A stretch of DNA of 64,000 nucleotides from Candidatus Buchananbacteria bacterium CG10_big_fil_rev_8_21_14_0_10_33_19 (GCA_002773855.1 PEZY01000012.1:297613-361612); one strand, 5' to 3'; positions 20,275 through 29,496 are shown, numbered from the stretch's first letter. The notes: a model not told the origin generated them from the letters alone. Numbers and translations: made by a program.

Positions 20275-20427
20275 ATGGAAAGTATAGTAAAATGTGCTCA
20301 ATGTGATATGCCTATAACTGATGAATCAAAATGTAAATGTGACTCTAATTTGTGTAAAGATTGTTGTGATTGTAAAAAATCAGAAGATTCAAAGTGTGCC
20401 TGTGGCCATGATTGCGGTTGTAAATAG
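20275..20427 (+). CDS. metallothionein-like small protein (50 aa, 13 Cys)
   Basis: MESIVKCAQCDMPITDESKCKCDSNLCKDCCDCKKSEDSKCACGHDCGCK; repeated CxC/KCACxxxC motifs; followed by an intrinsic terminator; under the ORF track's length cut-off. Confidence 0.45.
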   Translation: MESIVKCAQCDMPITDESKCKCDSNLCKDCCDCKKSEDSKCACGHDCGCK

Positions 20428-20443
20428 TATTTAAGTATTTTAA

Positions 20444-20469
20444 ATAGCCCCTTGCAGGGCTATTTTTTA
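20444..20469 (+). terminator. Rho-independent terminator
   Basis: tagccc-cttgca-gggcta followed by ttttttatt. Confidence 0.65.
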
Positions 20470-20557
20470 TTTGACTAAAATTTAATTTTATTGTAAAATA
20501 TTAATCTAATAATAGCTCTTTTAACAACTAAAATGGAAACCACAGGAGTGTTACAGT

Positions 20558-20818
20558 ATGAAGCATATTAATCAGGCAATTGAAGATCTGTTGTATAATT
20601 TAAAAATGGCTTATTTAAAGGTTAAATATCGCATATGGAATAAGTATATTCTTATGTGGTGGTATCGTTTATGGATCAGACAAGACGAAAATCATAAGTC
20701 GTTAGACATGGACTGGCGAGCGACAGTAGGAATGGATGAAAAAGGTATTAAAAAATATTTTCTGGATCTATCTAGGCGCAGAGATATTGCTCATGAACGA
20801 GATAAACTGAGGGAGTGA
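20558..20818 (+). CDS. hypothetical protein
   Basis: Good SD (caggag) 8 nt upstream of the start. Confidence 0.5.
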   Translation: MKHINQAIEDLLYNLKMAYLKVKYRIWNKYILMWWYRLWIRQDENHKSLDMDWRATVGMDEKGIKKYFLDLSRRRDIAHERDKLRE

Positions 20819-20824
20819 TACTTA

Positions 20825-21817
20825 ATGAAAAAGTTATCACCTCAACATATTTTAAGAAAGTGTTCTAAGTGTCGCTGTCTTCGCACTAATACTGGTAATG
20901 AATTTTTTTGTAGTTTACACTATGATCAACCAGAAAAGGGAATCCATACTTTGTTAGACTTTAAAAAAAATCATCATGGAGTTAATATTGATGAACCTAA
21001 GTGTGCTGGACGCTCTAATGCAGTTGACCTAGAAACATTGGTTAATGAAGTAGCAGCTAGAGCCAGACATTTCGGTAGAAGTTTAATTGGTTTTTCAACT
21101 GGCTCTCTTTATAAATTTGAAGTGCCGTTAGTGGATAAATTAAAAGCTTTTCTTCGAGCTGGTTCAACGGTTTTGGAATTAAGTTTTGCCACCACAGAAG
21201 AATTACTAGCTTTTGATCCAACTGAAGCCGATTTAAGTAAGTTTAAAAAATATCATAAAATTACTGTTCATGCTCCTTGGAAGGGTATTAGGTATTTTGA
21301 TGGTACTGTTCAGGCCTATCAGGTGATTGAAAAAATCATAGAATTAGGTCAACTTTTTCATGTTAGCGGAGTAGTGTTTCATCCAGATATTGTAGATAAT
21401 TTTGATGCTTTGGATTTTGTGCCACTGCCAATTTTGATTGAAAATATGGATCGTAATAAGAAGTTTGGTATTTCGCCGGAAGAAATGGCTATGATCAAGC
21501 TTAATTATGGTTTTGATTTTGTTTTGGACTTGCAACATGCCTATGAGCATGATCCGTCAATGTTATTAGCTCAGGAGTTAATAGAGGCTATGGGTGATCG
21601 TATTGCCCATTTGCATGTTAGTGGTCAATCTAAAACTAGTCGTCATGCTCCAGTTTATCAAGCTAATAACAAGAATGAGATATGTAAACTACTTAGGACA
21701 TTACCTAACATACCAGTAATATTAGAGGGGGTTATTTCAGAAAATTTCTTTCCTAGTATTAAGATAGAAATTCACTATGTTACTGAAAATGGTGATCCAT
21801 TTAAAAAAAAATACTAA
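20825..21817 (+). CDS. xylose-isomerase-like TIM-barrel protein (AP endonuclease family 2 / sugar-phosphate isomerase fold) with an N-terminal Cys cluster
   Basis: HAPW, FHPD, IENM, DLQHAY and HLHVSG metal-ligand pattern; N-terminal CSKCRC..C..H; strong SD. Confidence 0.55.
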   Translation: MKKLSPQHILRKCSKCRCLRTNTGNEFFCSLHYDQPEKGIHTLLDFKKNHHGVNIDEPKCAGRSNAVDLETLVNEVAARARHFGRSLIGFSTGSLYKFEVPLVDKLKAFLRAGSTVLELSFATTEELLAFDPTEADLSKFKKYHKITVHAPWKGIRYFDGTVQAYQVIEKIIELGQLFHVSGVVFHPDIVDNFDALDFVPLPILIENMDRNKKFGISPEEMAMIKLNYGFDFVLDLQHAYEHDPSMLLAQELIEAMGDRIAHLHVSGQSKTSRHAPVYQANNKNEICKLLRTLPNIPVILEGVISENFFPSIKIEIHYVTENGDPFKKKY

Positions 21818-21839
21818 TCCGGCAATATGCTGGATTTTT

Positions 21840-22799
21840 TTATTGTCCACTGTGAAATTTTTTGTGAATATCTTTTAATTTTTTATTAGTAACATGCGTA
21901 TATATTTGAGTGGTGGCAATATTGCTGTGGCCTAGTAATTCTTGGACCGATCTTAGATCAGCGCCTTGATCTAATAAATCAGTGGCGTAGCTGTGTCTAA
22001 GGGTGTGAGGTGTAGCGTCTACTGGTAGACCAGCCATAACAGTATATTTTTTTACTAAATTTTCAATTGATCTAGACGATAGTCTGTGGTCATCATCGTT
22101 ATTATTGCGACTATAGTTGATAAACAGGGGAGTTAACATGTCATTTCTGGTCTTAAGGTATTTTGAAAGCCATTTTAGGGATCGATTGGAAAAATAGATA
22201 GTTCTAGTTTTGCCACCCTTACCATTAATAACTAATTCCTGGTCAGTGAACTTATTTGTAATCAGGTTATTGCGATTAAACTGCTTAACGTTAAGCGAAG
22301 TTAATTCTGAGACCCGGATGCCAGTAGAGAAGAGTACCTCTAGTATGGTTCTATCTCTTAAGCCATCAGGCTTAGATGTATTTGGCATATTTAACATTTT
22401 TTCAATTTGTTCAAAATTTAAAAATTTAATTGATTTATCTTTATCAGTTAATTTTGGTAATTTTATTTTGTCAGAGGGCAGTGAGATGATATCTTTGTCA
22501 GCTAAATAATTTAAGAGTATTCTAATGGCCCTTAAATAATAGCTTTGAGTAGTCTTTTTAATCCGTTTACCCTTATCATCCTGTTTACGTGATAAATAGA
22601 GTCGGTAGTCCCAAATATGGTCTGTAGTGAGCTCGTGGGGCTTGATATCAACTAAGTCATGATCCTTAAGCCAGTTTATAAACATTTTTAGAAAGTTATG
22701 ATAATTACGGGTTGATACTGGACTCAGGCCCTTTTCAACCTCACAATAGTCTAGGAAGTTAGGGATATGTTTAATTAGTGGAATATTAGATTTTTTCAT
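21840..22799 (-). CDS. tyrosine site-specific recombinase, XerC/XerD family
   Basis: Catalytic R (TGIRVSEL), HTLRHSYAT, and GHSNIATTQIYTHV (H..Y) motifs. Confidence 0.9.
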   Translation of the reverse strand: MKKSNIPLIKHIPNFLDYCEVEKGLSPVSTRNYHNFLKMFINWLKDHDLVDIKPHELTTDHIWDYRLYLSRKQDDKGKRIKKTTQSYYLRAIRILLNYLADKDIISLPSDKIKLPKLTDKDKSIKFLNFEQIEKMLNMPNTSKPDGLRDRTILEVLFSTGIRVSELTSLNVKQFNRNNLITNKFTDQELVINGKGGKTRTIYFSNRSLKWLSKYLKTRNDMLTPLFINYSRNNNDDDHRLSSRSIENLVKKYTVMAGLPVDATPHTLRHSYATDLLDQGADLRSVQELLGHSNIATTQIYTHVTNKKLKDIHKKFHSGQ

Positions 22800-22903
22800 A
22801 GTTTTTTGGTTCTTTACTTCTCTTATCCTCTGTTATACGAAGTTAAATATATTATAAAATAAAATTAGTAATCACTCAATAAAGTTATCCCCTGGCTCAT
22901 AAT

Positions 22904-22945
22904 GCATAACGCATAGCGTATAACATATAACGCATAACGCATAAC
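22904..22945. repeat. Six tandem 7-bp repeats (consensus GCATAAC) upstream of the recombinase gene, with related half-sites nearby
   Basis: GCATAAC GCATAGC GTATAAC ATATAAC GCATAAC GCATAAC, read directly; ACGCGTAAC at 22972-80; inverted GTTATGCAT at 23029-37. Confidence 0.8.
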
Positions 22946-23056
22946 TTATAATATGTAATACACAACATGTGACGCGTAACGGAAAATTTATTATTACTAA
23001 CTGCATAGGCTAGTGTTATGTGTTACTCGTTATGCATGGATGCTCTCCCCTATTTT

Positions 23057-23902
23057 CTACTTATAATATATTTTATCGCCGAATCTTAAGTCAATGTATT
23101 CCAATACCGAACGGTCTTTGACTTTATTATTTAAAACCATCTGCATATTTTCTATGGCCGTATCAAAGTTACTAGTAACATCAAAATGAGCTTGCCAGCC
23201 GAGCTTGGTAATAGCGGTTATTTCGTTCAATCCCCCGCTTTTATAATTATTTATCTCAATACCTAGAGATTTTAATTTGTCGTTTAATTGTAAAATAAAA
23301 TCAACAATAGTACTAGACACAGCTTCTGTCCCAATAGTTGTTTCCTTGTCAGTTAGCATTAGTGGAAATTCACTAATATAAATATTGCTTTCTTCTGGTC
23401 TAATTTCTCTAATAATTATGCCCTGCTTGTCAACAAAAAATAACTTGTCATTATTTTTAATTATTAGGTAATTAATCCTTTCTTTAATGTTAATAGTGAT
23501 TTTTTTCCAGCCACGTTTAATTGCTATTTCATCTAAGCCATATTTACCGCCAATAGCCTTAATTATATTTGATTTACTAATAAATAATATATTTTGTTGT
23601 GGTAGTATGAACCAGCGCCAATTATTAAGTTGTTCATCAACTATTTGTTCTAATTCTATTTTGTTTATTAGGTCAGCACCATTAACGTCAATGGTTTGAA
23701 TTTTAAATAAATCACTGTAAATTATAATGTATAACAAAAAAACACCTAAAAGTATTTTTAAATACAATTTAGTATTAAATCCTCCAGAATGCTCTTTTTT
23801 AACGGATCTAGTAAAATAAGGATTTGAGAAATGCTTTCTTTTGTAGTCTTTTTTGATCCTTATTTTTGATTGATAATTCTTATTAGAAAAATCTTTAATC
23901 AT
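23057..23902 (-). CDS. ftsQ: cell division protein FtsQ/DivIB
   Basis: N-terminal TM, POTRA-like domain, and position immediately downstream of ddl. Confidence 0.7.
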   Translation of the reverse strand: MIKDFSNKNYQSKIRIKKDYKRKHFSNPYFTRSVKKEHSGGFNTKLYLKILLGVFLLYIIIYSDLFKIQTIDVNGADLINKIELEQIVDEQLNNWRWFILPQQNILFISKSNIIKAIGGKYGLDEIAIKRGWKKITINIKERINYLIIKNNDKLFFVDKQGIIIREIRPEESNIYISEFPLMLTDKETTIGTEAVSSTIVDFILQLNDKLKSLGIEINNYKSGGLNEITAITKLGWQAHFDVTSNFDTAIENMQMVLNNKVKDRSVLEYIDLRFGDKIYYK

Positions 23903-24839
23903 TTTTTATTGATAATTCTATAATTCTATTTAATAAATCTGTAAAACTTAAGCCATGACTTTTTGCGCTTTTAGGACATAAACTATTTTCTGTTAAGCCT
24001 GGTAGAGTATTAATTTCTAGAAAAAATATTTGTTGGTCTTTTATTATAAAGTCCACACGGCTTAGTCCGCGACATCCTAAAATATTAGCTATCATTAAAG
24101 CTTGATTTTTAATGTTTGTTTCTAATTCTTTATTAATCCTAGCTGGTACTATCTCTTGGCATTTGCCAGTAGTGTATTTAGATTCATAGTCAAAAAAATC
24201 GTTCCCAGGTAAAATTTCAATTAAGGGCATGGCTTCATTACCAAGGATTGAAGCAGTGATTTCCTGACCGTTTATATATTCTTCTATTATGGTAGTTTCA
24301 TCATGTAAAAATGATTCATTAATTGCGTCTATTAATTTGTTGTAATTTTTAACTATACTTACACCCACTGAAGATCCAGAAATACTTGGTTTTATAACAA
24401 TTGGCAGTGTTGTTTGCTTAGATATAGTTTCTATGATTTTGTCTTTATTTTTGAGCCAATTACTTTTTTTAATAATTAGATCATTTGGTGTCAATATATT
24501 ATGAGATTTAAGTATTTTTTTAGATAGAACTTTATCCATACATAAAGCCGATGCTGTTACTTCACTACCGTTATAAGGCATGTTTAATGAATCTAATAAA
24601 CCTTGAATTGATCCATCTTCACCAGCTTTTCCATGCAGGGCAATAAAACAAAAATCAATTTTCTTGTTTAAGCAATCATTAATTAGTTCTCTTAAGTTTA
24701 TTTTTGGATCATAAATATTTATGTCATATTTTTCTTTATCTAAGTTGTTTACAACTTGCAATCCAGAAGATAGCGACACTTCTCTTTCATTGGAAGTGCC
24801 GCCCAGAAGAACGCCAATTTTAAGTTTGTTGTTAGTCAT
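23895..24839 (-). CDS. ddl: D-alanine--D-alanine ligase
   Basis: ATP-grasp fold; IALHGKAGEDGSIQG motif. Confidence 0.9.
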   Translation of the reverse strand: MTNNKLKIGVLLGGTSNEREVSLSSGLQVVNNLDKEKYDINIYDPKINLRELINDCLNKKIDFCFIALHGKAGEDGSIQGLLDSLNMPYNGSEVTASALCMDKVLSKKILKSHNILTPNDLIIKKSNWLKNKDKIIETISKQTTLPIVIKPSISGSSVGVSIVKNYNKLIDAINESFLHDETTIIEEYINGQEITASILGNEAMPLIEILPGNDFFDYESKYTTGKCQEIVPARINKELETNIKNQALMIANILGCRGLSRVDFIIKDQQIFFLEINTLPGLTENSLCPKSAKSHGLSFTDLLNRIIELSIKND

Positions 24840-26092
24840 TATTTTTTTAAAATAACATCAAAACCAGTAAATTTTTGCAAAACTGCTGGTATTTTAATAC
24901 TGCCATCAGCTTGTTGAAATTGCTCTAAAATAGCTGGAAAGAGTCGACTAGTAGCCAAACCAGAAGCATTTAGTGTATGAACAAATTCATTTTTGTCTGT
25001 ATCTGGGTTTTTATATCTAACATTGCCTCGACGAGCTTGATAATCACCAGCGTTAGAGGCACTAGATACTTCCTTGTAGACTGCCATTGACGGGATCCAA
25101 ACTTCAATGTCTTTGGTTTTTCTCATGGCCGCGCTGGCATCTCCTGCTGCTAATAGAGTTGTTTGATAATGTAGTCCTAAGCCTTCCACTAATTTTTCAG
25201 CATTTTCTACTAATTCATCAAAAGCCTTGGCAGACTCTTCGGGTTTGGTAAATTGAAACATTTCAATTTTGTTGAATTGATGACCGCGAATCATACCCCT
25301 CTCTTCCTTGCGATAAGAGCCAGCCTCTCGTCTAAAACAAGCACTATAAGCACAGTATTTTAATGGTAATAATTTTTCATCTAATATTTCATCTCGATGA
25401 TAGTTGCCTAACATCATTTCGGAAGTAGCATTAAGACAGCTTTTGTCTTGAGTCCAAAAAAGATCTTCTCTAAACTTTGGCAAATGACCAGAAGTATAGG
25501 CTGACTCCTCGGTTAATAAAAATGGTGGAATCATAAATTGATAGCCATTTCTGGTATGAAATTCTATAAAATAGCTTAAAAGTGCCCATTCTAAAATAGC
25601 ACCTTGGCCTTTGTAGATCCAAAAACCATTACCCGACATCTTGACTCCCCTTTCATAATCAATAATATCTAGATTAGTAGCTAGTTCTACATGATCTTTT
25701 GGCTCAAAATCAAAACTAGGTTTTTCTAAATAAGTTTTTACTATCTTATTATTTTCTTTGCCACCAGCAACAACATCTTCAGCAGGAATATTTGGCAATT
25801 CTGACATCGCTTCGTTAAATTTTATATCAACTTCAGCTAATTGAGTATCAATTTCTTTAATCTTCTCCCCTATTTCTTTCATGTTAGCAATAATTTCTGG
25901 AGTGGGCTTAGTTTTAGAATGTTTATTTCTTTCAGCTTTTAATTCTTCGGTTTTATGAATTAAATCCCTGCGCTCCTCATCAAATTTTAAAATTTGAGCC
26001 AAAATAGTTTCCAATTTATCAGCGTCCATGCGCTTGAGTAAGGCGGTTTTAATCCCCTCCTGATCTTCTCTGATTTTATTAATGTCTAGCAT
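24839..26092 (-). CDS. serS: serine--tRNA ligase
   Basis: N-terminal coiled-coil arm and class II aaRS core. Confidence 0.95.
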   Translation of the reverse strand: MLDINKIREDQEGIKTALLKRMDADKLETILAQILKFDEERRDLIHKTEELKAERNKHSKTKPTPEIIANMKEIGEKIKEIDTQLAEVDIKFNEAMSELPNIPAEDVVAGGKENNKIVKTYLEKPSFDFEPKDHVELATNLDIIDYERGVKMSGNGFWIYKGQGAILEWALLSYFIEFHTRNGYQFMIPPFLLTEESAYTSGHLPKFREDLFWTQDKSCLNATSEMMLGNYHRDEILDEKLLPLKYCAYSACFRREAGSYRKEERGMIRGHQFNKIEMFQFTKPEESAKAFDELVENAEKLVEGLGLHYQTTLLAAGDASAAMRKTKDIEVWIPSMAVYKEVSSASNAGDYQARRGNVRYKNPDTDKNEFVHTLNASGLATSRLFPAILEQFQQADGSIKIPAVLQKFTGFDVILKK

Positions 26093-26133
26093 ATTATTCG
26101 GTTAAAAATTATAAAGTAAAAAGTTATAAAATT

Positions 26134-26595
26134 TTATTTTTTATTTTTTAATATGTCAGTAATTAATAATGATAGACCTATTAAAAAATTTATAAATGCA
26201 ATAATAAAAAAACCATATCCAAAAATAGCAAGTTTACCAAATCCATCATCTACTAATGAAATAGCAATAATAACTAACAATAATGATAAAATAAATATGG
26301 AAATTATAATAATAAAATACTTTTTTGTAAAAAAATTAAGTCTCGCCATAAAAAGTAATAAAATCACCATAGCATAGGGTACAACAAGAAAAATGAAATC
26401 AAGAGGCATTAAAAATTGAATAAATACTGATAAGGCTATTATAGTAGAAGATAAAAGAAATACCTCACCAGTTATTAGAATTGGATTTTGAACACATTTA
26501 TTTATTAGTTTGTTTATCATTGATTTATTGTCTGATTTATTTTCATTAAATTCATCTATCGATTTTATAAAATCATTGTTATTTTCCTGTCTCAT
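26134..26595 (-). CDS. hypothetical membrane protein
   Basis: 3-4 TM helices. Confidence 0.4.
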   Translation of the reverse strand: MRQENNNDFIKSIDEFNENKSDNKSMINKLINKCVQNPILITGEVFLLSSTIIALSVFIQFLMPLDFIFLVVPYAMVILLLFMARLNFFTKKYFIIIISIFILSLLLVIIAISLVDDGFGKLAIFGYGFFIIAFINFLIGLSLLITDILKNKK

Positions 26596-26606
26596 AAGTT
26601 CTCTTT

Positions 26607-28127
26607 TTATTTGTTTAATTTTGTTTTTTGTGTTTTCGTGTTTTCGTGTTCCGTTGGTCTAAGTAATGGAAATAGTACTACATCCCGAAGATTGGTATGA
26701 CCGGTCAAAAGAGCGACTACGCGATCAATGCCCATGCCCCAACCAGAAATTGGTGGTGCACCATGCTCTAGAGCGGTAATAAACTCATCATCACTTTCCA
26801 TTACTTCTTCTTCGCCAGCCGCTTTAGCTTTTAATTGGTCATTAAATCTTTCTTTCTGATCAATAGGGTCAACTAGTTCGCTATAAGCTTTAATAATTTC
26901 CCAACCGTTGACTACTAATTGAAACTGATCAACAATATTTTCATCTTGATCATTAACTCTAGCCAGTGGTTGCAAATATTTAGGATAATGATACAAAATT
27001 GTTGGATTAATGATTTTTGGTCTAGAAACTTTTTTATATAAATTATCCACTAGTCCAGCTAGACTCATGTCGTTCATACCATCAAATTCTATTTCAGCTT
27101 TTTTAATATCAGTTAAAAGTTTTTTGTTGTCTGTATATTTGGTGATATCTAGGCCAGTATCAGTTTTTATTAATTCAATAAAATTAACTCGCTTAAATGG
27201 AGTTGAAAAATCGACTTGATGAGTTTTTTCATCACGGCCGATTAGTTCCATTTTTCGATCAATATCTAATTTATCAAATAGATAATCAATCATTTTTTCG
27301 GTAAAAATAATGTTATCTTCAAAATTCCAATAAGCACAATAGTGCTCTAGATGAGTGTGCTCTGGTAAGTGTGATGGATCTACACCCTCGTTCCTAAAAG
27401 CTTTGCCTAACTCAAACACTTTTTCCATACCACCAATGATTAACTCTTTTAGTGGTAGTTCATGAGAAATCCTCAAATAGATATCAATATCTAAGGCGTT
27501 GTTGTGGGTTTTATAAGGAGTAGCAGTGGCGCCAGTGGCTTGATGTAAAAAAGTTGGTGTCTCAACCTCATCGAAACCTTCTAAATAGTAAAATTCTCGA
27601 AGATTTTTAATAAAGTTACTTCTAAATTTAAAAGTTTTTTTAGAATCTTCGTTCATTAATAAGTCTAAATATCTTTGACGATAAATAGTATCTTGATCTT
27701 TAACGCCATGAAATTTTTCTGGCAGTGGTCTAAGGGCTTTGCCTAAGAAGGTATATTCATCAGCTAAAACCGAAATCTCCCCTTTTTGGGTGGTAAATAT
27801 CTTACCTTTAATGCCCAAAAAATCTCCCATATCCACTTTTTTTTCTAAAAATTTAAAATTGTCACGGCCAATTTCATTAAGTTTAAAAACAATTTGCATT
27901 TTTCCAGACCAATCCTGCAAATGACAGAAAGCAATTTTGCCCATTTCCCGTTTGGTCATAATACGACCAGCTACACTAACTTCGGTCCCCTCTTTTAGAG
28001 ATTTTGATTCTAATAAGAAGTGGGTTTTGGTAAATTTTTCTGGATATGGTATTATCCCCTCTTCTTTTATTTTTTCTAGCTTCTTTAGACGAACTTGACG
28101 TTCATCTTGCAGGTTATTTTCGGCCAT
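26607..28127 (-). CDS. lysS: lysine--tRNA ligase (class II)
   Basis: N-terminal OB fold and class II motifs. Confidence 0.95.
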   Translation of the reverse strand: MAENNLQDERQVRLKKLEKIKEEGIIPYPEKFTKTHFLLESKSLKEGTEVSVAGRIMTKREMGKIAFCHLQDWSGKMQIVFKLNEIGRDNFKFLEKKVDMGDFLGIKGKIFTTQKGEISVLADEYTFLGKALRPLPEKFHGVKDQDTIYRQRYLDLLMNEDSKKTFKFRSNFIKNLREFYYLEGFDEVETPTFLHQATGATATPYKTHNNALDIDIYLRISHELPLKELIIGGMEKVFELGKAFRNEGVDPSHLPEHTHLEHYCAYWNFEDNIIFTEKMIDYLFDKLDIDRKMELIGRDEKTHQVDFSTPFKRVNFIELIKTDTGLDITKYTDNKKLLTDIKKAEIEFDGMNDMSLAGLVDNLYKKVSRPKIINPTILYHYPKYLQPLARVNDQDENIVDQFQLVVNGWEIIKAYSELVDPIDQKERFNDQLKAKAAGEEEVMESDDEFITALEHGAPPISGWGMGIDRVVALLTGHTNLRDVVLFPLLRPTEHENTKTQKTKLNK

Positions 28128-28305
28128 ATTTTCGTTATTTTTAGATTGGGTAATGTTTTTATTCTACAATGTTAAACCAATTTTTGCAAGTGAAATTAAT
28201 GGTTATATAGTGACAAAAATTAAAAATTATGTTATAATTTAACTTTTATTATTTTATAAATAAAAAAGCTCCATTTCCTATTATAGGTGGAGCTCCTGGT
28301 AAAAT

Positions 28306-28641
28306 TCAAACTATTCTGTCTTTTCTTATCTCATTAATAATAGAAATAGTCCAGTTTATGGCGATTAAAACACTTGGCCAGGTGGATAATATAACAAATA
28401 TTTTATCTTCTTTGATGAGTTTAATGGTGGAAGATACTTTTTTAACCGCTTGCCTTTCGAAAAAAGTAAGAATAATATTTTGGTCAAAATCCTCCATTGA
28501 CGCCAAAAATTCTTGTTCTAAATCTTCTACTACAAAAGTTACAACTGATAGAATAATAAAGCCAATTAAATAATAAATAGCTACTGATAATAGTATAATG
28601 GTCATACTCATAATACAGACTAGCCACAGTGGAATGAACAT
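28306..28641 (-). CDS. hypothetical membrane protein
   Basis: 2 TM helices; hairpin terminator downstream at about 28265-28292. Confidence 0.4.
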   Translation of the reverse strand: MFIPLWLVCIMSMTIILLSVAIYYLIGFIILSVVTFVVEDLEQEFLASMEDFDQNIILTFFERQAVKKVSSTIKLIKEDKIFVILSTWPSVLIAINWTISIINEIRKDRIV

Positions 28642-28727
28642 TTTATCTCTCCTGTTGGGTTTAAACGTATAACCAAACTAGAAATTAAATAGTTTAAATA
28701 TACTATATAATATTCACTAGTATGTCA

Positions 28728-28756
28728 AACAAAAAAAGAATCAAGTTGATTCTTTT
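28728..28756. terminator. Bidirectional terminator
   Basis: aaaaaagaatcaa-gt-tgattctttttt. Confidence 0.6.
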
Positions 28757-28765
28757 TTAGGAGTA

Positions 28766-29059
28766 TTATTTTTTGCGTTTAGCTTTTTTTTCATTCTTTT
28801 TTTCTTTGAAATGAACTGCTAGTTTGCTCATTCCTTCGATTAGGGGTGGTAAATAACTGGCGGTAGTTTCAACTTTCTTTTTGACAATCTCTAGAATTTG
28901 ATCAATTAGATCTAATTTTTTTCTAGCACTAACTGTCATTTTTTTAATATCGCGTAAAATTAAAGCGATATAAATACAGCCCCAACCAATAGCCAAGCCA
29001 ATAAATATAACAATAAAAGCTATAGATAGGTTAAGAAAGTCTTGTGATGTTTGAAGCAT
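28766..29059 (-). CDS. hypothetical membrane protein (N-terminal TM followed by a coiled coil)
   Basis: ORF with a Lys-rich tail. Confidence 0.4.
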   Translation of the reverse strand: MLQTSQDFLNLSIAFIVIFIGLAIGWGCIYIALILRDIKKMTVSARKKLDLIDQILEIVKKKVETTASYLPPLIEGMSKLAVHFKEKKNEKKAKRKK

Positions 29060-29061
29060 GG

Positions 29062-29082
29062 GAGTGTTATTAGTTTATAAAG
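29062..29082. repeat. Left inverted-repeat doublet (GTTTATAAAGTTTATAAAGT) flanking the four-helix-bundle gene
   Basis: Direct read; matches the reverse complement of the 29464-29491 doublet. Confidence 0.6.
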
Positions 29083-29112
29083 TTTATAAAGTCCTTAAAG
29101 TAAGAATAATTT

Positions 29113-29457
29113 TTATAAGCTCTTGATAAGACCAGATAGTATTTTAGATATTTCTAGCGATAAATTATAATATTTTTCAAAATTATCTTGTGATATATAT
29201 TTTAATTCTTTAGCTATATATAACATCGATCTAACTTCAGCGCATGATCCCTTGGCAATAAATAAAAAATGTTTAAATTCATTGTCACCTTTTCTTTCAA
29301 AGCCCTCAGATATGTTATTCATTATTGACACGGAAGCACGTTGAATTTGATCTTTGAATCCAAAATCACGAGAATTATCAAACTGTCTGTAAATATTTAT
29401 TGTCAAAATTTTTGCTTTTTTCCAGGCAATAATATCTTCAAATTTATCTATTTTCAT
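29113..29457 (-). CDS. four-helix-bundle protein (family usually encoded in 23S rRNA intervening sequences)
   Basis: FEDIIAWKKA...GSCAEV family motifs; 114 aa. Confidence 0.7.
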   Translation of the reverse strand: MKIDKFEDIIAWKKAKILTINIYRQFDNSRDFGFKDQIQRASVSIMNNISEGFERKGDNEFKHFLFIAKGSCAEVRSMLYIAKELKYISQDNFEKYYNLSLEISKILSGLIKSL

Positions 29458-29463
29458 AAAATA

Positions 29464-29491
29464 ACTTTATAGACATTTGACTTTATAGACT
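29464..29491. repeat. Right inverted-repeat doublet (CTTTATAGAC x2) flanking the four-helix-bundle gene
   Basis: aaCTTTATAGACatttgaCTTTATAGAC. Confidence 0.6.
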
Positions 29492-29496
29492 TTCGA

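Noticed and set aside
26610-26660. Short direct repeats (tgttttcg x3) that looked CRISPR- or microsatellite-like
   Set aside because: They lie inside the lysS C-terminal coding region (ENTKTQKTK) and merely reflect a repeated Lys/Thr codon pattern.
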